A stretch of DNA of 64,000 nt from Fimicolochytrium jonesii (Eukaryota), in the NCBI RefSeq assembly GCF_025526975.1, contig NW_026515690.1, positions 372,001-436,000 on the forward strand, written 5' to 3'. The notes below the pieces were generated by a model. That model did not search any database, was not told the origin of the DNA, and saw only the letters and a program-made list of their open reading frames with translations. Shown one piece after another: positions 12,539-26,329 of the stretch. The position numbers were made by a program, and so were the translations under genes. Position 1 is the first letter of the stretch, and each line of letters begins with the position of its first letter.

Positions 12539-13244
12539 GTCTCGAGGCGTTACACCTCACGCTTCAACAACCGGACGGCCTATTACGTCGACTTCCGACA
12601 TTCATACAAGTATCGGGCGGGAGCGTTTCCGGCTGCCGTCTCGGCGTAATGTAACACCATTAGGACATGGCCAGCATAGTTATCATAGAGACACAATACC
12701 TTCTAGTGGAGGCGATGGAGGCCGATGGGCTCACTGAGCGTAAGAGCGATGGATACTGGTTTAATCACGTATTGTAGCAGTGGTTGTATGGCGAGCACTC
12801 GTAGACGCCGATAGGGCTTGCGAATCAGGATGGAATCGCTGTGCTCATGGTTACGGCATGGGAGGATGCAAATCCATGCGTTCAAATAGAGACTTTTACC
12901 CGCATTTTGGGATGTTCGATGTCTGTTTGGTTTTCAGTACTTGGACCCTTCGTTGCCCCGATGAATGGAACACCTTTTGCTTGTTCACCTCGCTTGAGTT
13001 CGAGGCGTCCGTCTGACTGACGGGAAACGTGGCTGCTGCAGTACTGTCAAAGCGCGACGTGTTCTCCAGCTCCCCTCCTGGATCCAAAGCTCAGAATAGT
13101 CGGAGCACATTTGCGACATCCGCCCATGTCGCGAAGGGACCCGCACGATCTGGCGTCACCTCCAAGCAGGGAGCGCCGTACCTTTCCCATCACAGGTCCC
13201 ATTTCCCTACTCACGACTCCCTCCCCACCCCCTTATCCTCCAAA

Positions 13245-16200
13245 ATGGATTCAGAAACATTTGTAACCATCGGCACCCCGCAACCGGAGGACGCCAAAGA
13301 CGTGGGCGCAAAAGATCGCAACAAAGTCCTGCCGATCCATCTCCAGGAACCCCGCGATGAGCAAGGGCGGAAAAGGTTCCATGGCGCGTTCACGGGCGGG
13401 TTCTCGGCGGGGTATTTCAACACGGTGGGTTCCAAAGAAGGTCAGGATTTGATTTGCGGTCACGGAATATTGCGGGGGGGCGGGGCGGGAGGGAGTGTAT
13501 GCAAAGCTGACCCTTTTCGTTTTTGTGGTTTTGGGCTTTTGCAGGATGGACACCATCCCAGTTCGTCTCGAGCCGGTCCTCCCGTCCCGAAGCGCGCAAT
13601 GCGTCCCAACGCCCCGAAGACTTCATGGACGAAGAGGACATGGCATCCCTCACCGCCAACCAGCAAATCGCGGCAACGGAGGAATTCGACATCCTGGGCG
13701 GCACCGCGCGGGAACTGGCACGGCGCAAAGCGACGGTGAATGCTGTGGAGAGGGATGGCAGCGCCGCGCCGATGGCGTTACCGGCGGCGCTTGTGGAGGA
13801 TCTGATTGGTCCGTCGAAGGACCCGATTGGGAAGAAGCTGTTGAGGCAGATGGGGTGGAGGGAGGGGCATGGGGTTGGGCCGAGGGCGAGGCGGAGGAGG
13901 AGGGGTGATGGTGAGAGCCATATCCGATGTTTGGGGGACCACTGCGCGGAGTATGCTGACACGGTGATGTTGTAGGGAAAGAGGATATCTACGCGACGGA
14001 GCACCTATTTGCACCCAAGGACGTGACGGTCGACACGCTGAAGCCGAAAGCAGATCACTACGGGATCGGGTTCGATCCGTACGAAAACGCGCCCGAATTC
14101 GCACACCTCAAAAAGAGCGCGGCCACGAAGCCGAGCAGCGAGGCCAAACCCGCAAAACGGAGCGGGTTCGGCGTCGGCGTGTTCGAGGACGAGACGGAGG
14201 ATCTGGATGTCTATGGGTCGTCGGGGATGGCGACGTATGATATGATTATTGATGATGATGAGGACGAGCGGGTGTTTATGAGGCAGAAGTTTGGCGCTGC
14301 AAGGACAAGCGATGGTGGGAGTGGAGATGCGCCATCACGGAAGACGACGGGGCTGAATACGGAGTTTTTGGATATTTATTCGGGACTGTGTAATGATGGG
14401 AGACCACCGCTGGAGGGGTTTGTGTTGGCGAAAAAGGCGCCACCGAAGACTAAGTGGTGGGTGGAATGCCGCTGCGTCAGCGGTTTCGCCCGGTGGCCAT
14501 GCTAACACCCTGGTTTTTGCAGGTATGCCCCTCCTGACGTGCCAGCCGACTTTGTCCCATTACACAAGTTCCCACCTCCATCCGCGACACAACCTGCCGC
14601 ACCAACAAGCACAACCGAGTGGCAGGGACGCCAGCAATCCCAAACACACAGCGCATTATCCGCCGACGCCCGTCGCGACCTCCTCGGCGAAGAAGCCCTA
14701 AAAGCGCCTCAACGGTCGGTTTTCGCGTACTTACCCCTAAAAGAGCAGGACCGGCTTCAGGAATACATCAACAAAGCGAACAGGGGACGCGAAGAGCTCG
14801 CGAAACGGGAGACTGCGCAGAATGCACCAGCGCCTAATGAACCGAAGCTGGATAAACAGACCGCGGAGGCTGCATTGAAGGGGTTTATGCCGTTTGGGAA
14901 CGATCCGCCGAAGCAGGGGAGGTATAGACGGTTTTTGGAGGTGGCGGCGGGGATGGCGACGGAGTATGCCACCGTGCCAAAGGTGAGTGGATATACTGCA
15001 TCCCGTGTTTGTGTCAGCTGAGCGCACTCATTGACCCTGCCATCTTGTTTGCAGCATCTAACAGCGCAAGATATATCCCACGAACGCCTCGAATTCTCCA
15101 AAGCAGCCCAAATCTTCAAACCCCTCTCCTCCATGATGGCCTCCCGCTTCACCTCCGCCACCCACACCATCGAACCCGGTTTCGCCCCCTCCTCCAAAAA
15201 CCTCACCACGCCCCAACCTAACGACACCCACCTCCAAAAAGAAGCAGCAGACCTTAACATGTACGGCCGCCTAACCCGCTCCGTAAAAGAGTGGCGACCC
15301 GAGAAGCTGCTCTGCAAACGCTTCGGCGTCCCCGACCCGTACATGAACGCGAAAAAGAAGGAGAAAGTAGAGGATGAGAAGAATGAGGTTGCGGTCGCGG
15401 AGGGGAAACGGATCCATCAGCGGGAGGCGGTTAATGAGCAGGTTATGAGTGAGTTGTTGGTCGAGCGGGATCGGTTGGTTGCGCGAGGTGGGCTGGGGAT
15501 GGGGATGGATCCGGGGCGGGCGGCGCTGATTGGGGCTGCGTCTGATGGGTCTAGCGAGAAAGTATCTGCGACGCCGGAAACTGAGGCGAAGGAGACATCT
15601 GCTTCGGCCGGGGAAGACGAGTATGAGCGGCCGCCGATGGATATTTTCAAGGCTATTTTTGCGGACTCGGATGATGAGGTGGAGGAGGAGAGTGATGAGG
15701 AGCGGGAGGGGTCGCGGGGCAATAGTGCGCTTGTGGAAAAGGCGGGGGATAAGCCGGCGAATGGGAAACCGAGAGCTGTTATCCTACCCCCGCCACAGGA
15801 GGACGACCCTGCGGCGAAGTTACCGCCGCCGACGTTCCGCCCGATGTTTCGAAAGAAGCAGGATCGGGGGAAGAAGATTGTTGAGGCGCAGGTCGAGGCG
15901 GCTTCCGCGACCACGACGACGACACCGGAAGGTGTCGAGAATAAGGTTGCGCCCAATGAAGATGGTGGGCAGACGAACGGACAGTCTGCCACTGCCTGGG
16001 CACCTGCGGCGCCACAACCGTTCGTACATCCGGCCCGACAAGCGCTCTCCGCAGCGCTGGCCGACGCTGAACCCAACTCAGTGCCTACCAAACCGCCTCC
16101 TGCACCAGTATCATCTTCATCGGATCTCGTACACCCCACGCCAGCCAGCGCGCCCTCACACCACGCTAAAACCCTCGAACTAGCCTCAGAACCCCGCTCC

Positions 16201-16635
16201 CCCGACTCGAAAGATCGAAAACGCAGCCACAAAAAACGCAAAGACTCCGACCGCGACGATCGACGCGCGAGTATCGGGTCCAGCTCGAAGAGAAAGAAAC
16301 GGGACCGCGATGAAGATTCAGACGACCATACCGACCATGACCGATCGAAACGAAAACGGAGAAAATCGTCCGAGAAAGACCGTGGACGAGATCGGGATCA
16401 GAGTAGGGAGACCAAACGGCGGAAGCGGCACCGTGAGGATGTGTCGGAGGTGGAGGAGGAGGAGGAGATGTGGGTTGAGAAGCCGGTTGTGGTTGTTTCA
16501 CCACCATCAAAAGCGCGGTCGCATGGTGATAAGGGTGGGGATCGGGAGGCACGGGGTGAAGTGTTGCAAGGGGCGAAGGATGCGAGTAGGGGGGCGAGGG
16601 GACGGAGTAGACCTTCAGCGGCGGATTTCATGTGA
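13245..16635 (+). CDS. GPATCH1: G-patch domain-containing protein 1 (DUF1604 + G-patch), spliceosome-associated; spliced
   Basis: [96 protein letters not shown] and C-terminal RPSAADFM. Confidence 0.93.
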
Positions 16636-18073
16636 TGGGGCATTACGTTTTCTGGATTGTACATAAATACGTTCATACCATTACTTGGCACCGTTCTCTC
16701 CCTTGTGTCTTTGCAAGTGGAGCGCGCGAGACATGCTTGCTAATTGCCCCAGTAGACGGAACATGTTTGCCCCTCTCTCATGATATATAAAGCGAAGTGT
16801 TCCATTAGCGCGGCTTAGATCAATACACGTGGGTACGTTGTACTTTCGCATTGCCATAGCGTCGCCCCCACCCACTGTACGCTGTCTCATCTACCCCGCC
16901 TCTTCAGGAAGGATTGTCGCGTGGACAGACACGGAAGATAGCCGTAAACTACTCGTCAGGGGGATCTGACCATGAATGATGAAAGAATGTCCACGAGCCG
17001 GCAGAAAAAACTTCCTGTTTGACTGGTTCGGCTATGAGATCTTTCGCCCGGGGTGCAAAAGTCCGAGCTTCACTGATTCCCCATGTTATCTTCGGATTTA
17101 CAAATGCCCAAATACCTTGGAGATTTGGACGAAGTGTTGACCTCCCCAGGTCGCATCATTCGTCCGCCCTCAAAAACGATGCTATGGATTCGATATTTGT
17201 TTGTACTCGAAGCCAGTGTACAGGCTCCCATCGAACTTCACCCCGGTCGGTCAGTTGGATGTTTCATCTCAGCCATTCCATTCGGATTGGTTATATTATG
17301 TGAGAGGAAAGGGGCCGCAGATGTGCATGTATGTACATAGTATCGATCGGAAGGTCGACCGTCTGCGTCGGCCTTGGCAGTTGTCGGAGTCGGCACTTGG
17401 AAATTGACAGTGGGGCAAAACGACAGGACGCAAGCCACGTCCCAGTCAAGCTCGGGTCCATAGCAGCACTATTCAAGCTGTCTGAAACTCCTCTCACATA
17501 ATCGTCGTCGGTCTCAGCAAATCGACTTTAGTATCTCCTTTCCATCAGGAAGCATGCTGTGATCAAGGAGGTGCTACATTCTTGGCTCAGAAGATGACTA
17601 CTATCCCGTTGGACACAAGAGTAGGACCGCACAGTATTCAAGAACGAAGGCACTCAGGCTTCGTTCAGGATGTTTCTGCACCTCCCCGCTCTGCACCTGC
17701 AATTTTGGCGCCTGTTCCATTACCTCTCAGTTCATAAACAGGGCGGGCCGGTGGGGCGGGAGAAGCAGCAAAGTGGGGCAGCGTTGAGGGGCAGTCGGAG
17801 TTTGACCGTGCCACCCGCAATCCGCCTCCCCGCTCTCAGAGCACTCCCAAAGTTCGCGGGTATAAAAGCGGGACACCCGGTCCTCAACCTTTGACTTTTT
17901 CTCTATCCTTGCGCGGGAGCAAATCTGCAGCTGTGAAGTCTCAAACTGAGCTCAGATCGTTCGCTAGTTGAAAACTACATCTGAACCCCCGATACGTCCC
18001 AGTGGCTCATCGGAATTTTTGAAACCCTTCTTTTCTCAAACTTTGAGAAAAACCTATAAAGAAAAAGGCGGAA

Positions 18074-18313
18074 ACCTCGTGTTTTATGAATCGATGTGGT
18101 CCAGGAGGATGTGTGTGCAGAGTCTTGATCGAGTGAGGTCCTCACCATGCCCCAACAGCATGCGAAATCCGGGCGACTTCCCGCGTACTCGGGAACGCGC
18201 AGGGCGGAGATTTTCCAGACCTTCGCTCTGCCGCCATCCACTTTACAAAAAGGGCCATTCTTGTAAACAAATTTTTATGGAAATTTCTCAAAACTGATCA
18301 TATAACACGAGGT
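18074..18313. repeat. 16-bp imperfect inverted repeat pair in AT-rich intergenic DNA (possible MITE or transposon-end relic)
   Basis: acctcgtgttttatga (18074-18089) matches the reverse complement of tcatataacacgaggt (18298-18313) at 15/16. A palindrome ttttctcaaa-c-tttgagaaaa lies at 18031-18051. Confidence 0.35.
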
Positions 18314-18709
18314 GGCCAAGTGGGAGGGATGCCTGAGCGGCAGGAGCCTCCTAGAATGAACACTCAGAAGGGGAGATGGGGATTTGTAAAGCTGTAACGA
18401 CATAACGAAAACGAAACCAAAAGGGCAACGACGAATACCGCATATGTTATGCGATCTTGCAAGAAATACGCCGACTGAGTGTAGACCGAATAGAGATAAC
18501 ATTCCGGGCGTAGAAGTTCAGCGAATCCCGAGAGTCGATACAAATATGTGTTCTGAGGATTGGCGATGAACGAAAGTGACCCGACGAATAGTTTGAACGT
18601 GGTGGAAAGGACAGAGTTACAGAGGAACTGTGTGTTGCAGACTGAGCGGATGCGAGGGGGTAGAGTTTCAACGGAAGCGAGACATCACGCCGACGGCACC
18701 GAGTGTGAA

Positions 18710-20952
18710 TCAAACATACGCGAGTCGCTGCCTCGCCCTAGCAAAGGCCATTGCCATTTTGTCGCTCCACATCCTGGGGTTCTCAGCCATCATGTTTTTG
18801 AACTTTTCCATCCTCTCCCTCATCGTCTTCTTTGAGACGCCATGTGAAACCTTTCTCCAGGGAGCCCAACCCCATTTTGCTTTCCAGTCATCCGAAGTGC
18901 GTTCGGAGGACTGGTTCCTGATGCCGTCTACCCAGCCCCAGACAGCGGCGCGGAACTTGTTGGCGCCACGGTTCCAGCGTGCAATCAATGCGGTGTAGAG
19001 TGCGTGCGTGCGGTGGAGAGCGATGGATGGCAGATTCTGCAGTGTTTGCACGTTGATGATCATCGGATATGCTCCAGGGGAATCCTCGTTGATGCTGGTG
19101 GCGGGCTCAGTAACCTGCACGGAAGAAGTCGGTATGATGGCTGTGAGCTCAGCATCCGGAACGTCGGTTCCATGAACTGTTGGAATGCCTTCTTGAGCAA
19201 CCGGGGTCGGAAGGATCTCCTTGCTCGCTAGAGGCTGGACGCTCGATGTAACGGCGATGCGCTCAGGCGGGGTAAGAATAGGCGCTGCAGTGCTTGTAAC
19301 TTGCGATGCAGTGGGCGACTTCTCTTCATGGGGTCGGCCTGAAAGACGTTCAAAAGGAAGGTAGGAGGAGTGAGAGAGAGAGGTACATGATGAAAAGGAT
19401 GTCGAGCAGAGCAGCGCAACACATACCTTTATGCAAATCCGCAGTGGAGCGCCCGAACAATCCCACTTCGGTATATCTATCTCGCACCATAACATCGCTT
19501 GTTGGCCTCGCCAGCGCGATCGAGGTAATGGTTGTCACCATCGCTCCCGCATCGGCAGCAGCCGGCTTCTCCGAAGCCGAGATCGACGCCACCGCCGTCG
19601 GAGTGGTCGAGGTATTGCCGTCGAGCGCCGTAGTCGGCTCGGGCACGCTAGCAAACGGGATGCTCTCACATCGGATCTCATGAGGGTACAAGCACACCGT
19701 GTATTGATAGATGGTGCATCCAAGCATCCATCCGACGAAAAGCGCGGCAAGCAGGATGGGAGGCACGACTTTGAAATACTTGGACCTAGCCGACCACCAC
19801 TTGACAAGGTGCTCAACCCCGGTTCCTAGCACGGACGGCTCATGATGATCGACAAAGTCATCGCCGAGAAGCTTTCGAACATCTTTCTTGCGGAACTTGG
19901 CCATTTCCTCGACGGTCCACACGCCGTGCTTGCCGCCGGGGATGTACTTGACATGCGTGAGCGACAGCAACCGGCGGACATGCGCGACTTCTTTCTTCTC
20001 GCAGACGGGGAGGAATGTCGGTTTTTCTTCCAATTCGTGTTCGAGCGAGTCTTGTTGTTTGTCTTCTCCTTGGTAGTCCTTACTTGCTCCCGCCGAAACG
20101 ATGGTGGACGACGACGATGAAGAAGAGAGGAAAGACGAACTTTCATCAGTGAAGGTTCCGGCCATGACCGAGTGATAGAGCGCCTGGAAATCTGTGGCAT
20201 GAACGACGAGTGTAGGGCGCTGTCCAACCGGAAGCGTACCGGGCGTGTAACAAATGCAGTAGGGCGTGAACGGGACGGTAATCCGAGAATGCAGATCGGT
20301 CAGACCCGTAAACAACGCCACAGGCTTGCATTGCTCTTGAGTCTGCTGCTTGCGTTGGAGATCATCTTCGATGAGCACGTTGGACTGCACTACAGAAGAG
20401 GGGTAGCTCAGAGACTTGCTATTGGTTGAGGGTCCCATGTCATCCGGCTCCGAGTCAATGTCGGGGATGTCATCGTGAACGGGCATATGCTCGACGACTG
20501 TGTTTGACTTTTGGTCATTGATCTTGCGTCCGTTATGCTTCTTGGCATGCATCCCAAATTGCTGGGCATCATTCTCCTGCATATCAGGGATCGCGCCTTG
20601 GATCTCTCGAGAGATGTTTTGCACCGAGCTTGCGGTTAAAGAATGATGTTCGACGACCTTCACTTGCTTCCGGTCGCAGGAGCTGATGGCCTGGCTGTCG
20701 CTGACTGGACGGTTCTCGTACTCGGAGTCCGAGTCCTCGAGGATCAGCGTGCCATCTTCAGGTGCCCAGTTGATCTATCAAAGAAATGGATATACATCAA
20801 GTGTGAGACGGGAACGTCGTAAACGTTTTGCTTAACACGGCTCGACCCTCTCAACTTCGTAGCATTGCGTACAAAAGCTGTTTCACGACGAAACTTACTT
20901 TAACCATGCCCTGAAGAATCTCAAATCGCAGTTCTCCATCGATATCCCCCAT
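18710..20952 (-). CDS. Hypothetical membrane protein (one strong TM segment); spliced; ends uncertain
   Basis: The exon MGDIDGELRFEILQGMVK splices in phase to INWAPEDG.. and continues into ORF 19350..20663 (TM VVPPILLAALFVGWMLGCTIY). An intron near 19345-19426 joins ORF 18710..19495. No family recognised. Confidence 0.55.
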
Positions 20953-22538
20953 GATGTAAGACGAGATCGACGATGACAAGCTCGCAGATTCAGTCAGGCA
21001 AGGAGGTTTGAAAGCGAGATCAGCGCCAAATCTCTCGAAAGCCGTAACCGAACGAGGCGCCGCAAAGGCACACAAAAAATGGGCGAATCGGCGTAGTGCG
21101 ACAGACGACGCCTACAAGGGCAGGTAATGGAACCAAACGGCCGCAAACGCAAAAGTAGGAGAGGGAGAGTAAAAAGACAGTGGGTGTCCCGAACGAGGAC
21201 GTTCCAAAAACCCGTCAGCTAGTGTGGCGTCGCTGCTAACGGGGTCACGATCACTGGCACTACTACGATGCGAAGAGTAGCTCGGTCTTGCTGCTCCTTT
21301 GGATGCGTGGTATAACCGCTTGAGCGCCGTCCACCAGGCCAGCTTGATATGTCCACTGATACACATACTCACCTAGATTTTTACACCGTTGGGCGACGGT
21401 GCCAGGAGCCGTTTGGGCTTCGGTGAGGCTTTCGGGTTCGTTTGCCGTTTGGAGGCAAAAGACGGTGTGAAACTCGTTGCCTCTGGCTCCAGAAGGGAGT
21501 TTGCGGTGGTTGAGAGCGAGGAAGTTTTGACGTGAGCGCCTACTTTTGGATGGGGAACGATGTTTCGGATCTTCGTTTGTGACACACAAGGACAACTGTG
21601 GAGGGTCGCCCAACGGGCGAATATGCGGAAGGGGATTTTCCTAAGCGATAATGTGTGTGTCCGTGACTAGTCTCCACATCTCTGGTCTTTGGCGTCCCAC
21701 TGACTCCAGCAGCCAATATCTCGCGCGACCTCCGGCCTCTCAGAATATGATACCCTGCCACGTCACTGACAGGACACGGAAAACGAGGGATCTTGCCCAG
21801 CATTCTTCCATGGCATCTCTGCGACCTCGACTTGAACATAACAAAGTCTCCATCTAAAAATGGTTCCCAGTTGTCCTCGTGTTCAGTGGGTGCTCCTATA
21901 CTCAATTACCCCGCAACGCAACCGAAACGTTTTGTCTATGTGTGGAGGCTGTCAGTCGGGGCATGCCGTTGACAGGTTCGCGCTGTCGAATCTCGGCTAA
22001 GCGGCCGGGGAATGTCAGATGAGCGAAGGAGATCTCATCCGCCACTCCCCGTTCACCTTCCGCATTCTTCCTACATACGCGCTACTGGAGTGCTCTCCGC
22101 TTCTCGATTCCCTGCGACGGCCATGTGAAGTGTCACCGTGTGCGGGTTGGAAGCGTGATGAGGCGCCCGTCATCATCGACATCTCCGAAACTTCCATCCA
22201 GCATGGAACCATCAGCCTCACCAGCCCTTGCTCGGACGGAGAAGCCCTGGGGCCGAAGTCCACGGACCCCTTGGTTCCTGATGACCCTCTGGGTTAAACT
22301 AATACGACTAGCTATCTACCTCGCTCCTCGTGCGGCGACCCGGAACAGGCCATCATTGGCGGTGCAGACCGGGGATGCTGTGCCTGTCTCGATTGCTGCG
22401 AAAACACGTCCAGTATATGCCCTCAGCATGCGAAGTCAATGCGATCTGTATTTTTTGGTATTACGGAACATGCCAGAGAAAACAGCAGATGTAATATAAA
22501 GTTCGCCAGCCACATACACAGAGAAAACGCATGCCCAT

Positions 22539-25500
22539 CTACACCCTCGGCGGCCGATAAAGTTTCAACGCCAAACTACTAACCACCACACAAACACTAC
22601 TCCCTGCCATCGCAATCCCCGCCATCCACGGCGCCAACCCCCACTGCCCGACCGGATAAAACACCCCCGCCGCAACCGGTATACACAACACATTATACCC
22701 AAACGCCCAGCCAAAATTGATCAAAATGCGGTTGAACGTCACCCGCGACAGGTCAAGTAGGATGAGCACATCCCTTAGATCGGATTTCATCAACACGGCC
22801 TGCGCGGACTCGATGGCCACGTCGGAGCCGGCGCCGAGTGCGATCCCGACATCGGATTGGGCGAGGGCGATGGAGTCGTTGATTCCGTCGCCGGTCATGG
22901 CGACTTTGTTGCGGGTGGAGGACTTGAGTGTGGATTGGAGGTATTTGATCTTATCCGCTTTTTCGTGGGGGAGGACTTGGGCGAGGATGTGAGTGCGGGG
23001 GATGCCGAGGAGGGCGCCGGTGGCGTGTGCGGTGGCGGGGTTGTCGCCTGTGAGCATGTAGACGGCGATGGAGCGGGAGTGGAGGGCGCGTATGACGGAG
23101 GGGGCTTCGGGGCGGAGGGTGTCGGAGATGGCGAGGAGGGCGTGGATTGTGCCGCGGGGTCGTGGTGGGGCGAGGGGTGCATCCGCGGAGGGGACTGATA
23201 TTGGCTGCATACCGACCACTACGACTGATTTACCGTCGTTTTGCCACTTGTCGATGGACGTCTGCGCGTCGGTGGCAATAGACGGCAGCAAGTCACACGC
23301 CGCGGAAACGTGCCGCTGGCTTCCGATATACACCTTCATCGTAGCTGTGGTATCCGCCCCTTGGACGGTGACGGTACTCTCGAGTCCCAGCCCGGGAACC
23401 TCCTTGAGCGCATCGACCGTGAACCGGCGGTGTTGCGATAACACATCCCGATTCGGCGCCGCTCCGGTCTTTTCAACTCCAAAGTCCACAATCGCTTTCG
23501 CCAACGGATGATTGCTCGAATTCTCCAGCGCAACAATCAACTGCCAGATATCCGTTTGCGACAACGCAACCCCATTACTGGCGTCCGATTCACTAAGAAT
23601 CGAAACCCCCGTAACAACCGGCTTCCCCGTCGTCAACGTCCCCGTCTTATCAAACGCAATCGCGCCAACCCTACACGCCGACTCCAACGCCTTCCCACCC
23701 CCCTTCACCATAATGCCATACTTCGCCGCAACCCCGGTGCCCACCATAACCGCCGTCGGCGTGCCCAGTCCCAGTGCACACGGGCACGCAATAACGACCA
23801 CCGCAATCCCGAAATTCAACGCGAGTAAACCCCCGCTCTGCCCGTTTTTCAGCCATGCATCGGGTACCGCGCCGCTCCGGACCGCTACGAGCCACGCGAG
23901 GAACGTGAGCACCGCAAGCACAATCACCACGGGGACGAAATAATGCGCAATCCGGTCCGCGACGGCTTGGATAGGCGCCTTTGACGTCTGCGCCTCCTCC
24001 ACAAGGCGAATGATACGCGACAAAGTTGTATCCGAGCCGATTTTGTTGGCTTTGATGAGGATGGGGGAGGTGTTGTTGACGGTGCCGCCGAGGACGGGGT
24101 CGAGGGGGTGTTTGGGGACGGGGCGGGATTCGCCGGTGAGCATGGATTCGTCGATGTAGGTTGTGCCGTGGTGGAGGAGGCCGTCGCAGGGGATGCGCGC
24201 GCCGGGTGCTACTTTTAGGATGTCGTTCACTGGGGGGGAGTAGACATATATGAGTTTTTGTGGACTTTGGATGAAGAGTCGGCACACACTCACCTTGCAC
24301 CAACGCGATATCAACCACCTCCTCCTTCACCACCCTCCCACTCCCCTCCTCCAAAGTCACCAACGTCGCAGTATTGGGCGCAAGCGACATCAACTTGGTG
24401 ATAGCCTCGGATGTCTTGCCCTTTGCAAACGCCTCGAGGTATTTGCCCAGCAGGATGAAAAAAATGAGGAGCACCGAGGTCTCGAAATAAATTTCGGCGG
24501 TGGCTGTGTTCTTGGAGACCATGTCGACGATGATGGCGTAGAGGGAGTAGAGGTAGGCCGCGGAGGTGCCGAGGGCTACGAGGACGTCCATCTAAGGGTT
24601 CGGGAATACATCAGCTCGCGTTCGAAACCCAGAGTCGGGCGAACGTTTGCAAAAAGGGGGAGACTCACGTTGGCAGAATGGGTATACCGCACGGCCTTCC
24701 ACCCCCTCTGATAAAACCCCCACCCCAGCCCGACCTGCACCGGCGTCGCGATACAAAACATCACCAGGCCCACAACCGACAACCCCGGCACCACCTCCAT
24801 CATCATCGCCATCCGGACCCCGCTCTCTTCGGGTAACGCCATCATGAAGATCATCGAGAAAATGACAGTCGGCAGCGCAGCAAGAAAAGCGAGAAAGACT
24901 AGCCGGCGCTGATGTGTAAGTTCCTCCCGCGACCGTTGCCGGGCTAGCGCATCCCGCGAAGTCTGCGGGGCCAGGGTGGCGGTGTACCCGAGGTCGGAGA
25001 CGGTGGCGAGGAGGTCGCGGATGCCCGTGGAGGCTTGGATGTGTTTCACGGTTGCCAGCCCGGTGAGGAGGTTGACGGCGACGGAGTGGACGCCCGGTTT
25101 GCTTTTGATTGCGTCCTCGACGGCTTTGACGCAGGATCCGCAGCTCATTCCGTCGATTGCTACTTTCGTCGTCACCACAGTCGCCTCCTCATCGCCGACA
25201 CCGCCAAGAACAACCTCCACAATCCCATCATCGCTCTCCTTCTTCTCCTTCTTCTCCTTTACACCCACAACCGCAACATCAAGCACCTCAAACCCCAACC
25301 CCTCAATCTCCCTCTGCAACTCCGCGCTCTCAACCACACGTGGGTCGTGGGTGACGATAGCGCGCTGCGGGAGAAGGATGACGGAGACGGCGTGCACGCC
25401 GGGGATGGATTCGAGGGCGGCGGTGACGGACCCGACGCAGGAGGCGCAGGAGAGGCCGTGCAGAGCCATGTCGGTTTTGAGCAGGTGGGCTGAAGAGAGA

Positions 25501-25777
25501 GAGAGAGGGTGAGTTGTGGGATGGTTATAAGAAGGAGAGGTTTGGAGTACATACCTTGCTCATGACGAGGCACCGAGACAACGACTTTATCCAAATCGTC
25601 CGGAACAGCTGTTTGCTGTTCCGTCAACGGTGCTGGCATAACCTCCACCACGCCCTCGCTTATCTTCTCCCCACCCGCCTCCACACGGTAACAGCAGTCA
25701 GGGCATCGACACACGACGCATTTGCAACCCGTCTCGTCACCCACGCAGAACACCACTCCAGAGTCTCCTGCTCCCAT
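22539..25777 (-). CDS. Copper-transporting P1B-1 ATPase (Ccc2/ATP7/CrpA family) with two HMA domains and a Cys-rich N-terminus; 4 exons
   Basis: HMA motifs GLSCASC and GMSCGSC, then MDVLVALGT, YFETS, TGES, ACPCALGL, DKTGTLT, HP, GDGINDS, TM7 YN and TM8 MxxSS. TTATATAA lies at about 25929-25936 upstream. Confidence 0.95.
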
Positions 25778-26329
25778 ATCGACCAACGGTGGTGAAACTA
25801 TGGTGTGTTCGCGTTTCAATTGAATGTACGCTCTACGCAGTGTGCGTCTCACTCAATTCCAGTTGCTCAATTGCAGTCTACACTACACTATGATACAAAC
25901 GTGGCGGAAGCATGCCAAAGCCTCCGCCTTATATAACCCTTCACGGCAGCCGCTAGCGGTGTTTTAGCCATGTTTGTTGCCCTTCTGTGGAGTCCTATTG
26001 CCCAGTGGTTGAGGGGTGAGGCCTTTTCCCGCACTTGGGGGTTGCGAGTGAGTGGAAATGCCGCACCACTCGCGAGAGCCATTTCCGCGCGCCTTGCTGA
26101 CTAAGCACTACGCACACCCGTCCATTTCCACCACCAGAAAGCAACTCGCAAAAGAAGGTTGGCCTTCTGCAACCAACGTGCGTACCGCACTACTCTCTAC
26201 TCATGGAATTCCTCAACTACTAAACGATCACAGCGACAGCATTAATAACATAGATTCAGCCATCATTCAAAGCACAACCGTTCAAAAAAGGCAAGAGGAA
26301 CATTCAATCGACACGCTACAGCCCTTCCC

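Noticed and set aside
16900..17740. Possible exon fragments or transposase relic
   Set aside because: No continuous frame or recognisable motif.
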